Of a stretch of 64,000 nt of DNA, positions 39,008-51,330 are shown piece after piece. The notes under the pieces were generated by a model, which was not told where the DNA came from, did no database searches, and saw nothing but the letters and a program-made list of their open reading frames with translations. Origin of the DNA: Hypanus sabinus (taxonomy: Eukaryota); NCBI RefSeq assembly GCF_030144855.1, contig NC_082717.1:43400001-43464000 (forward strand), given 5' to 3'. The position numbers were made by a program, and so were the translations under genes. The stretch's first letter is position 1. Every line of letters begins with the position of its first letter.

Positions 39008-40399
39008 CATTTTATTTTACTTTATTATCTCCTTCCATTTCTGCACCGCAGTTTATGTAATATTGCATTTGAACAATAATTACTGCCCAAAAGTTGTTAC
39101 TTCTTTAATATGACCAACAACTCTCATAGTACCAATTTTTACAGAGTTCCAAAGTGAACTATATATTTTGGAGATCTCCTTGAGTGTCAATGTGACTCTG
39201 CTTCCATTCCCTCTAAGTAGACTTTGTTGAATGCTTCAGGTCCACAAAGAACATCTATCCCACAATAGCAACAAGGAAGGCAAAGATTCACAGCCATTAA
39301 TTCTTTCTGTGACAGCAGGGAGCCCATTAAATGTGATTTTTAAAAAAATATGTATTCATTAAAAGGATTTTGTCTTCACAGGTTGAGTTTGCATTTAATT
39401 ACCCATCCATAATTGACCCTGAGAAGAAGAGGGTGAGCTACCTTCATGAACCCTGTTGCAATACTTGATATAGAACCATAGAACATTACAGCACAGAAAA
39501 CAGGCCATTCAGTCCTTCTAATCTATGCTGAAACTTTATTCCGGTATATGTGGGTATAACTTTGATTGTGTTAATACAGTGATGGTGAAGGAAGTGAAAT
39601 GTATCTCCAAGTCAATATGCTGTGTGGCTTGAAGAGAAAAATTTAGATGGTGCTGTTCCTTGCTTTTGCTGATCTTGAGCTTCTAGTTGGTACAGGGTTG
39701 TGGGGCTTGAAAGGTCTAATGAGTCTTGGTAGTTTGAAAACATGCTTCTGTGTCAGTGAATGGCTGACTGTGGATCAGTGCCTCCGAAGTGGGTTGTTAT
39801 GGTCTGTAAGGTGTTAAGCATCTTCTGAGTTGGTGAAGAAGCACTCATCTAAGAAAGTGAAGAATACTTCTTCATGATCATTTGAATTGTGGACCTAAAC
39901 ACAAGGAAAGAGTTAAAAAATGCAACAACAGTTTTAGGATACATATTGTATACGTTTTTCTGACATTAAATTGAACCTATTGAACAACTGCAAGCAGAAA
40001 ACCAGTATCGCAACTGTCAAGGCAGTGCATTGAAGAAATAGTCAGGTCAGCCCTAGAAGACTAGATTGATAGTCTCATAGGCTATAAGTTCTATGATTCA
40101 AACATCAAAAGGGAAAAAAGTCTTATTTGGACAAATAATAACGTTGAAGTTGAAAGTGAATGTAAAATGCTTACAATGAGCCTTCTGCCCTCAGATGCTC
40201 AAATTTCCGGAAAATTGGTGGTGTCTTCCACAGTGAAGATTGATGCAAGGTGCTTATTCAGTTTTTCCACCATTTCTTTGTCTTCTGTTACTACCTCTCC
40301 AACATCCTTTACCTGCAATCTGCTATCCACTCTTGCCTCTCCTTTATTCTTTATATAGCTGAAAAACCTTTTTTATACATACATCTATTGATCATAAAA

Positions 40400-41880
40400 T
40401 CAATAAATGAGACAAAGGAAAACATCCAACCAGAATTTCAATCCAATTACTTTGGTGAAAAACCCTTTAACATTTAAAACTTGCTCTAGCGAATCCCTGT
40501 GCACATTAGGAGAAAGAAATGTGCAGCCTGCAATAACGGGCAGAAAGCAAAACTACCATTGGAGCTTCTATACATATTAACAGACCAACTGTGTTTAGGA
40601 AAGATTAGTTGAAAGAGTTAGTGATGGATTGGGAAAATGTTTTCAGTGTACGTATATGACAAACAGGTTTCAAAGACTTCCTCAAAAATATGATGACATT
40701 TTTAAGGATTCAAACATGGGCACTCAGGGGCATGTATCTCATTTTTTTTCAAAATTGAATGCAAGATTGAAATCCTGACCTGTGTCCCTATGCATTGAAA
40801 GTGCAAGTTAAGAGCTAAAAAATCTTGAGTTGCATTGGATATTAGTGAAAGTGGGTAGGCAAAGCCCATTGTATTTGGCCCCCAGTCAGATAAAACCATT
40901 TGGCTCTATGGAGACTACAAATTAAAAGGCAATAAATATTGAACAATGTCCTCTATCTACATCTCAAAATCTGTATGCTGAGTTTGCAGGGGCAAAAGTT
41001 ATTTCAATTCAGCTCTGGTGTGGATCACCAAAACTTTGTTGATGCTTTGTTTCTTTTTTTTAGAAAGGACAACACAGAAATCAACTTTTTTATTTTGTGG
41101 GCAGCAGAGGATGATTTTTCTAGTGGTGGAAATCACTAGAGTTATACCAAATGACTTAATTTTGAATTCCTGAAAATGCACTCAATGGGTTCAATGAATG
41201 TTTGTCTTAAGTTGTTTAACTGTTTCATCATACACTTACTAGCATTGTATGAAAATGGAGACACAGGGTTAGTAATCCCAAAAGAATGGCAGAAGAAGAT
41301 TAAAGAAAAACTTGATACACCATCTTTTTAGACAGCAATTAAACAGGCTGCAGCTAGAGCATTTGTCCGTTGGCTGACATTAAGAAAGACAGAGAACTTA
41401 GCCTGTAGGATACAGTGCATCATTGGCAGAATATCCTAAAGCACCACTTTATGTAAGTCTGAGTGGGCAGAAATATTGGATTTAGTTCGCCTGTTATTGA
41501 AAAGTAATGGACCACTTATTGGTACTAATTGCCAACCATTCAAAGGGTCAAGAAGTCAAACACAAAGGTTTATGCACCATTACTAATCAAATGATTAAAG
41601 AACGAAGATCTATCTTTTCCACTTGAGATTGGCCTGAGGAAGTTGTGTTCGACTATTATCATTTGCTTAAATCATTTCAATCTGAATAATTTACTAAAAA
41701 TTGTGAATAAAAAAACTGTTTCACTTTACCACCCATCTTCCAATAGAAAAGCAGAAAGATCAGCTTGCATGGTAAAGGAGACATTGAAGAAGTAGCTGAT
41801 ATAAGGTTGATTGAACATGACCCTGAAACACTGGCATGCACCATAACTTCTAAATTATCAAAGAGCCCATTCATCAATGG
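40400..41880 (+). mobile_element. Ancient Gypsy pol relic (non-chromoviral)
   Basis: Fragmentary translation: GESL..LG..V...NGQKAKLPL, DW.NVF, P.PYALK..V..EL..LE, AKPIV...DKTIWLYGDYK, IPKEWQKKI, ARAFVRW, HSKG.EV. Confidence 0.7.
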
Positions 41881-42088
41881 GAAATATTTCTGCAGAATGG
41901 GAAGCTCAGAACAAGGTTGAGTGTAACCTTAACCAATTTGGAGGGGTAACGGAGAGGAAATGTAAGCAGTGTGAGGGTCAATACTCAAGCCACAAAAAGA
42001 AGGAATTCAGTCTGCATGTCAGAATTCAAATGTTGGAATCTCTCAGCAGGTGAGTGATGAGGAAATACAGGGAGGTTCTGAAGGTGTT

Positions 42089-42260
42089 TGTAGTGGCATC
42101 AGGACCAGACTTCGAGGCAAGTGGTCTTGGGTTCGAATCCAACTGGCTCCTCACATGCTTTTCATCAATGCTGGGTTGAGGATCAAGCTAGCAACTTGGC
42201 CTTGTAAAAAAACAGCAAATTTGCCATCCAATGGACTTGAAGATGCAGCGAGGAATAACA
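42089..42260 (+). mobile_element. tRNA-derived SINE
   Basis: Perfect B-box GGTTCGAATCC at 42130-42140; 12-bp TSD TCTGAAGGTGTT (42077-42088) / TCTAAAGGTGTT (42261-42272). Confidence 0.8.
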
Positions 42261-43064
42261 TCTAAAGGTGTTCAGGACTATGAATTATCTAATGAAAACA
42301 GTGATTGATTCTACTGCAACCTAATTTACTGGAGCACAGCTAGAAAGGCTGTGAAATCAAAAGTGTTTCTGATATAAGGCGCTCAACTATTTTAGAAGAG
42401 GTGACCTGAGAAATGCTGGTAAGAACCATGAGGGAAGAAAATCACTGCATCCAAAGGTGGACAATACTCCAACATCCACTGAATCTAGAAGCTGTAAGTG
42501 TTAGAGGCACCACTTCCCCCAGGTAGTCAGGCTGATGAACACCTCCACCCACTAACCCATCCCACCACACCCCCAACCAACACTGTTTTATCATTTCCTG
42601 TCAGTCACCTTATCTAGAGACATTTCTGTGTCTAGTGTCACTTCATGGACATACAATCAATCTGTTTTTATAAGCTATCTTATGTATTTACATTTATTGT
42701 GTTCTTTATCTTTTTTCATATTTTTGTGCTGCATTGGATCTGAAGTAACAATTCTTTCATTCTCCTTTACACTTGTATATTGGAAATTACATTAAACAAT
42801 CTTGTATCTAGCAGAGAGTTGTTTAAACCTTAAAGAAGTGTGAAATTTGTCAAACAAGAAGTCTGTATTTTTTCTATTTAAAAATGGAAATCAATGCAGT
42901 ATCTGAAATATTCACTGTTAACAATAATTGCTCTATTAAGAATGCTACCTCTTAAAGTATTATATCATATGACAAGCAGTTCTTGGAGCAGCAAAAATAC
43001 AAAAAGGGAGTTCACGGGAAACAGACTGAAAAGCCCTTTAATAAAGAAAGCATATGTTGTTTTC

Positions 43065-43487
43065 AAACAAGAGAAAATCTGCAGAAGCTGGAAATCCAAG
43101 CAACACACACAAAATGCAGGCCAGCCAGCAACTATGGAAAAGAGTACAGTTGACGTTTCAGGCCGAGATACTTCAGCAAGACTGGAGAAAAAAAGATGTG
43201 GATTCCTTTTTCTTTCTTCCAAGGCCTTCTGTCCTCTCCTATTATATTCTCCCTTCTCCAGCCCTGAATCTCTTTTACCAATCACCTTCCCAGAACTTTA
43301 CTTCACCCCTCCCCCACAGTTTCACTTATTGCCTTGTGTTTCTTCCTCCCCTCCCCCCAGCTTCTAACTCTGACTCCTTAGCTTTTTTTCTCCAGTCTTG
43401 CTGAAGTTCTTGGCTCAAAAGATTGACTGTACTCTTTTCCATAGCTATCACCTGGCCTGCTGAGTCCCTCCAGCATTTTGTATACAA
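43065..43487 (+). mobile_element. PLE 3' fragment with inverted pLTR (fold-back)
   Basis: 43110-43195 is the reverse complement of about 43380-43485. Confidence 0.8.
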
Positions 43488-44435
43488 TATTCTGAGCTCC
43501 TTATGTCCCATGGGTATTTGTCTGAACCCTCTAAAAAATTGGTGGAAATGAAAAAAAAAATCACTGAGAATATACGCAATATTCTTAATTTTAATAACTA
43601 CACAGTAAAATTTGAGTTTCTGGAGGAATTTAATGGGTCAGGTGACACTAATAGAGAGAAATGGGCATTTTGGACTGAGAATCTTCAAGGTAAATTATCG
43701 CTTCTTACATCATTTTCTACATATCTCAAGTTATCCCCACTACCTGCAGAATAATAATTGAGACGGACACAGATTAGCTTCTGAGGAAAATTAAGCAGGA
43801 ATAAATGCCAGGAAGAACATTTGTGAACTTCTCCTCAGACTCTTGGAGTCACGGAGCAATACGGCACAGATACACGGCCTTGTGCCCATGCTGACCACAT
43901 TACCCACCTAGCTGGTCCCAAATTCCTGCATTTGACATACATCCCTTCAGGTGCTTCCTACTCATATACCTGTTTACGTGCTTTGGTTATATTGTTCTCA
44001 GTCACTTCCACTGCAGCTCATTCCAGAAACTTATCACCAACTGCATGCAAAAGTTGCCTCTTAGATCCCTTTTCAGTCTTTCCCCTCTCTCCCTAAATAT
44101 ATGCCCCCTAGCTCTGGATTCTTTGACCCTAAGATAAAGAATATTACTGTTCACTTCATCAAAATTCAAAGTTCAAAGTACATATATGTCACCATATACA
44201 ACCTGGAGATTCAATTTCTTGCAGGCATACTCGATGAATCCACAATAACCATACCGGAATCAATGAAAGAGTGCACCAACTTGGGCATTCAATCAATGTG
44301 CAAAAGACAACAAACTGTGCCTCAATGTGTCTCATAACTTAAACATTTCTACTGAGTCACCCCTCTGTCTCCTACATTCCACAGAACTAAAGCCTGGCAA
44401 ATCTTTTCCCACAGCTTAGTCTTGACAATATCTTC

Positions 44436-45197
44436 TATTACGTACCCCTTAACTGGGTCACTTACCAGCAAAGATAGAGAGGTCTGTTGAAGTCTGATGG
44501 TCCTACTTTTAACAGTATTTATTGATGAAATACACAAAAAATAAGATCAATGCAAACATACAGATAACATACGTCGTCAATACTAAATCTAAAAGTGCGG
44601 GTATAATAATAATCAATAAGAAATAGCTCTATCGTTGTCTAGGGGATAATGTATTGTCCGATGGAAATACAAAAGTCACTCAAGTTCATTCAAGCTGCAG
44701 CTTTTGGTTGGAGAGAGGGACGGAGTTTTAGAACTTGCCCGGTTTTCCGTTTTATGATGTCGATCCTTCGAAATAGTGTCGGTGGTGATCTCTTCCTTAG
44801 CTAAGACGCCTTCCATGGTAGGGCCTCAATCCCGGGGCAACGGGAAAAGACACACGTGGGACCTCCGCCGGCTATCGCTATTAAACGCTGTCACGGAACT
44901 TCTAGCATTTCTCCTGGTGCGTGTCAAGGGCTGTTCCCCAGACCCTCTTTTATCCCCACTCACGGGGTCTCAGATGTCAATCAGGGTGGAATGATACCAT
45001 CCCCCCAACCAGCCCACGTTGCCTGAGGGCTTCCATGAAGTACAGTACTCAATGCACAATTCCGTCTCCAAGAGACAATGACCTGTTCTGTGGCTTTGTA
45101 TCGCTGGGGCCAGGACATTCCAAACATCTCTCTCTCATTTCCTGGGTCTCCTGACCTGACTTAATAGCGATCTTGCGATTCTCAAAAAGGCGCAACA
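44436..45197 (-). mobile_element. Solo LTR (762 bp) inserted in a CR1
   Basis: TATTACG (from TGTTACG)...CGCAACA termini; 4-bp TSD CTTC at 44432-44435 and 45198-45201; CpG-rich; CR1 sequence continues across the insertion. Confidence 0.85.
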
Positions 45198-45389
45198 CTT
45201 CATAAATCTTTTCTGCCTTCCTTCCACTCTTTCCTATAAGAGGGTGAACAAACCTGTACACAGTTTTCCAATTGCGGACTTACCAATGACTTATACAAAT
45301 GCAACATAATGTCCCAACTCCTACACTCAAGTGTCCTGGCTGATGAAGGGCAGTATCCTAATAATCCTTATCACTGCCCAGACTACCTG

Positions 45390-46580
45390 TGTTCAAGGTT
45401 ATTGTCATCTGACTGTACATATATATCAACCAAACAAAACAGTATTCCTTCGGACCACAGTGCACCCACAAAACATAGATGATACACAATATATAAACAA
45501 CAATATTGCCATAAATAAGTCAATGAAATATAATTCAAAATGCATGTGGTGCACAGCACAGTAAACAGTAAACAGCTCACTGTCCTAGTTTCGAGACCTC
45601 GGTAGTGGCAGGACATTCATTAGTCTGACAGCCCGAGGAAAGGAGCTGTTACCCAGCCCGGTAGTCCTAGGCCTGATACTTCTATATAGTGGGTCAAAGA
45701 GATTGAGAGATGAGTGATGCACCAGGCCCTTTGTCTGCAATGCTCCTGGTAAATATCAGAAAAAGGAGGGAGAAGAGGTGTGATCTTCTCAGCAGTTTTT
45801 ACTATCTTCTGTAGGGTCCTGCAGTCCAATGCCTTGCAACCCCTGTACCACACAATGATACAGCCAGACAGAACACTTCCAATGGAGCTCCTGTAGAAAG
45901 TTGTTAGAATGGGGACAGGGAGGCTTGCAGTTTTAATCTCCTCAGAAAGTGCAGACATTGCTGTACCTTCTTGTCTAGTGAGGATGTGTTGTGAGTCCAG
46001 GTTAGGTCAACCATTATGTGCACACCAAGGAACTTTGCACTCATCACTTTCTCCATGGCAGACCCATTGACATGCAATGGAGAGGTGTCAACCTGTGTCT
46101 TCCTGAATCATCTCTGTTGACTTGTCATGTTGAGACTCAGGTCTTGTCCATACGGGCTATAAATGTGCAGGAGCAGTGTGTGGTTAAGTGCCTTGCTCAA
46201 GGACACACACACTGCCGTGGCTGTGGCTCGAACTAACAACCTTCAGATTGCCAGCCCAAAGCCTTAACCATGCATCACGTTGTTGTTCTCACCCCATTTG
46301 ACAAAAACTCTCTACCTCCTCTCTGTATGCCAACTCATCATTGTTGCTGATGAGGCCAACCACTGCAGTGTCATCGATGAAGCTGATGATGCAATTGGGC
46401 TGGATCTGGGGAGCACCAGTGCTCAGCATGTTGGAGTTTGAGATATCACTGCCAACTCACACTGACTGGGGTCTTACCAGCAAAAAGTTCAAGATCCTAT
46501 TACAGTGAGGGGAGTTGATTCCCAATGAGTACAGTTTGCCTACCGGCCTCTAAGGTATGATTGCATTAAATGCTGAAATC
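45390..46580 (-). mobile_element. Rex/Babar-type LINE with a nested SINE (about 46135-46280)
   Basis: ORF 45620-45958 (ILTTFYRSSIGSVLSGCIIVWY..LQKIVKTAEKI); FIDDT motif near 46370. Confidence 0.85.
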
Positions 46581-47280
46581 CTATGTCCATTTGTTCAATT
46601 ATACTCCATTCACAGTGTAAGTCCTACACTGATCTTACTTTCCACAATTCGTCACCTCACATGATAACCTTCTTCAATTTCAATATCTTTTACTTTTGTG
46701 TCATCTGCAAACTTGTTGATCAAGTCTTGTGCATTCATATCTAAGCATTTAAATAAATAACAAACACCAAGGCTTCCAACTTTGACCTCGGCAGGATATC
46801 TCGAGTCACTAGTCTTCATTCTAAGAAACAACCTTCAACCATTACCTTCTGTTACCTACCTCTGAGCCAATCTTGAATCCACATAACTTGCTCTCCCTGA
46901 TTTCATGGGACCTAACTTTCCAGACCAGCTTGCCATGCAGGAACTTGTGGAAGGGGTTGCTGAAGTCCTAATAGACAACATACATTGCCTACACGCATCC
47001 ACCTTTTTGGTTACCTCTTCAAAGAACTTTAAAAGGTTTGTCATATGTGACTTCCACACACAAAGCCATGCTGAGCCCTCCTAATCAGACTCTGCCTATC
47101 CAAATGCTAGCAGATCCTGTCCCTCAGAATACCATCTAGTAACTTCCTGACCATTGATGTCAGGCAGACCACCTTGGTTTCTCCATGCTGCCCTTCTTAA
47201 AAAATGGAATGACACTAACCACCTTCCATTTTTCAGGTACTTCATTAATAAGTAACAATGAAACAAATATCTCTGCAAGA
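46580..47280 (-). mobile_element. CR1 RT fragment
   Basis: ORF 46856-47059 (TNLLKFFEEVTKKVD); KFADDTK near 46700. Confidence 0.8.
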
Positions 47281-48319
47281 GATAACAAAAAAAGTAGCAT
47301 CTTGCCAAATGTCCAGATTGGACTGATACTTGTTGTTTATTTTCTGAATCAAGAAGAGGTGTCACAGAAAAAAAATTAGAAACTAAACACCCCAAAGACT
47401 AACTTGTGAACATCATTTATGTTGGTGTACAAATCAGAAATGAGTGCCCAGGTTATAAGATAAAAATCTGAGTCCAAACATTAATTTGGATAAATAGCAA
47501 AAAGTGATGTCATGTATTTAATGGCTGATATAATTAAAATAATGGATAGATATAAAATAAGTGCATTTTGATGTTGCTTCCTAACATAAATAAACTCTTG
47601 CTGTAGGACATGATATTAGCTGATATCTGGTTGGATTCTGAATATTTTCCTGCCCTATATTGTTTCATTGAAATCAATTTTTCAACAGATGTGGCTCAGC
47701 TGCAGGATCATTAATTGTGTCTGAACTTTTTGTAAGGATCAAGCTGTTCCACTTTAATTGCTCTTGGATAGTAATGCATCTGAATGCTACCAACTACCAG
47801 AATCTTGAGTTATTAAACATTAATGCTAAAAGGCACACTTTTGAAATGTGTATAACCTTATTAAAAAGTCTTCCAGTGACAGGAAGGCAGGAGCAGTGCA
47901 ATGGAACCACCATGAACTTTTGAGACTATAGTGTGTGTAAAACTAAATAACCAATGCTTCTTTCCAAAAAGGTGCAGAAATCGTTCAAGATTCCTGATAG
48001 GATCACTGAGTCTTGAAGTTCTGGGGTCCCTTGATCAGTCTGGCCCAGACTGAATATTCCTCTTTTGATTGCTTGATTTGCTAGTAACATTTCAGTCAGG
48101 CGAATTTTCCTGATTCCTCCGTTTCCCAGCAACCAGTGGTCTCTTCACTCCTTCAGTTTCCAACTGTGTATCTGATTTTGTGGTCCTGATCTGCTAACAG
48201 AATTGATACCCTGAGCATCTACCCCATCTCCTTGGTCCTCTCTTCCTCCCAATCATAGTCTGCAAGCCAAACCAGTCACCTGTCTGTCTTCTTATGCCAT
48301 TATGGATCAAGTCAAGAAA

Positions 48320-48970
48320 CAGGCGACATTTATGGAAAAAAGTACAGTTGATGTTTCAAGCCGAAACCCTCTGGCAGGACTGGGAAAAAAAAAGCTGAGG
48401 AGTGGATTTGAAAGATGAGGGAAGGGGAGAGAAAAACGCCAGGCAATAGGTGAAAGTTGGAGGGGAGGGATGAAGCAAAATGCTAGGACATTGATAGGTC
48501 ATGGAAGAAAGAAGAAGGTGGAGGTGGGGGGAAGCATAAAGGGGAGACAATGGGCAGACAAGGAGATAACATGAGAGAGAGAGAGAGAGAGAAGCAGATG
48601 GGAAATGGTGAAGGGGGAGGGGGTGGAGGCATTGCTGGAAGTTTGAGAAATCGATGTTCATACCATCAGGTTGGAGGCTACCCAAATAGAATATAAGGTA
48701 CAGTTCCTCCAACCTAAGTGTGACCTTATCCTGACAGTGGAGGAGGCCATGGATGGACATATCAGAGTGGAAGTGGAAAGTGGAATTAAAATGGGTGGCC
48801 GCTGGGAGATCCCACTCGTTCTAGCAGATGAACTGTAGATGCTCGGCAAAGTGTCTCCCAATTTATGTCGGGTCTCACGGATATACAGGAGGCCACACCG
48901 GGAGCATCGAACACAGACTCACAGATGAAGTGTCGCCTCATCAGGAAGGACTATGGAGGCCGTGAATGGT
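48320..48970 (-). mobile_element. PLE 3' fragment (GIY-YIG + pLTR)
   Basis: ORF 48356-48760 (RLEE..LIFYLGSLQPDGMNIDF). Confidence 0.88.
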
Positions 48971-50739
48971 AGGAATTTGACCTAAGAATTTCTGGAGAAG
49001 ATTCACGTCATTTACAGACATGATGAAGATGTCAATATTCACAGTGCTTATTTATCCCATTCTTACAGAAATTGGATCAGAATATTGCAAACAGATGTAA
49101 ATTGAAGTGTCCCGACAGGCCACAGAACAGCCACATTCACATCCATGTGACATGTATTTTTCTATATGCTTCCTTGATTAAAATCAAAGCATCTTAATAT
49201 TCGGCACCTCACTGCAAAATGCTATCATCAGTGGGCCCACTGCAGTCCCATACCCTTCAGTGGCTTTGGGCCACTCACAGCACGATGATCTATCGGGCCA
49301 GATCATTGCATGAAGGAGTCGCCATTTGCACAGCAGAGCATTTTTTTCCACTCCCTCACTGTGCTCTTTCCACCACAGCACCTTCACGCTATTATCCTAG
49401 GACTGGCAAGGAGAGTGTATACTTGAGTTCTGACTCACTTGTCAGTTATCAACGTTGGAAGAGTACGGCAGGTGCAAGTTCTGCAAATCCTGACGTTAGG
49501 AAATACAGATACAACACGTTAATACATTAAAGGTGTGCAAATCACTGTAAAAGTCGTTTCAAAGTAAGCTTCATGACTTCCGTGATTTTTTGGCCAATCG
49601 CTTTATTGAGTGTGAAGGTTAAGAACAGCTCCCATCTAACAACAATAAAATGGATAAAATTCAATTTTTTGAGAAGTATTTCTGTACCAAGTTGTATCAG
49701 TCTGTACAGTATATGAATAATTGTGTCTGTACATGGATATTTTCACATTGTCTTACTAAACAAGATGCTATATTGTTTGCCTCTGATTGGGCTGATTGAG
49801 CAGAACAATTAAATGCATTGCACTGTGGCCAATAGACTGGTGGGAGCTTCGTTGTGAGTTTGTGGCAACTTTTCTCTTCTTTTTACTTTCCTGGTTAGGA
49901 TCTCACTCTTCAATCTCAGTTAGTTTACTGAGACAAGTCAAGTAGAAATCATTGTGAACTAGAGTGGGAATAAAGTACAAAAAAGGACATTCAGTTGCAG
50001 CAGTATAGACAATAAGTTTGATCCGGAGCTGATCCAATCTCATTCATGCTGAGACCAAGTCTTGCAATCTAAAGGCCAATTAGTTCATTTGTACAGTAGT
50101 ACAGCTCCACTGTATACTTATAATAAGTTTCTTTAAAAGAATACCTGCATATTAAGTTATCAGCATACTATTCTGAATTTGGATATTATGAAATAAATTC
50201 TATGGAGATAATCTACTTGTGGGTGACAATAGAAGACTCAAGTAAAATGTTATCTTGCTAAAGTGGTAAAGGAGGAATGTGTTAGCCTGTCTAGCAAAAC
50301 CCAAGTCACTATACACCACTAACAACTCTACATTTGTCAAAAAACTATATCAAGAGACCTAAACAGATGGTGATTTCTCCAGAGATATATAGAAATTATA
50401 TTTGGCTTGTACTAGATGGGCTGAATAGCCTGTTCCAGTGCTATATTTCTCTTTGATTCTATTAGATTCCAGACAAAACCTCACTTATAATTACTGCCTG
50501 TAATAATATAATAGCAATAATACCGTTCCATGGCAGAACCAAGTTATAGAAATGTTATGTTGATAGTGTGGGAGTTAGAAGAAATATGATAATCCAATAA
50601 CTTATGCTTTTATTGTTGTATTTTTGGCCTTGTTCAAGCTCCCAAATTACTGGCTGTACATACTCAAAGGTCAGTGTTACAAAATATCACGCAACAAAAT
50701 AATAATAATGTGAAAAGCATCAAATAAACATGATGGTCA

Positions 50740-51330
50740 GAATCAGTATCAGGTTTATTATCACCAGCATGTGTTATGAAATTTGTTAACTTAGCAGCAG
50801 CAGTTCAACGCAATAGATAATCTAGAAGAGAGAAAAAATAATAATAAATAAACAAGTAAATCAATTACAGTATACGTATATTGAAGAGATTTAAAAAACG
50901 TGCAAAAAAACAGAAATACTGTATATTAAAAAAAGTGAGTTAGTGTCCAAGGGTTCAATGTCCATTTAGGAATCGGATGGCAGAGGGGAAGAAGCTTTTT
51001 CTGAATCGCTGAATGCGTCCCTTCAGGCTTCTGTTTCTCCTACCTGATGGTAACAGTGAGAAAAGGACATGCCCTGGAGTGCTGGGGGTCCTTAATAATG
51101 GACGCTGCCTTTCTGAGACACTGCTCTCTAAAGATGTCCTGGGTACTTTGTAAGCTAGTGCCCAAGATGGAGCTGACTAGACTTACAACCGTCTGCAGCT
51201 ACTTTCAGTCCTGTGCAGTAGCCCCTCCACACTAGACAGTGATGCAGCCTGTCAGAATGCTCTCCACGGTACAAATATAGAAGTTTCTGTGTGTACTTGC
51301 TGACGTGCCAAATCTCCTCAAACTCCTAAA
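50740..51330 (-). mobile_element. Rex/Babar-type LINE 3' part
   Basis: Reverse strand encodes FY..TVESILTGCITV....LQ.VV..ASSI...K.P.H; (GAATCA)-type tail. Confidence 0.85.

Noticed and set aside
42089-42260. tRNA gene
   Set aside because: B-box present but no cloverleaf; has a SINE body and TSD
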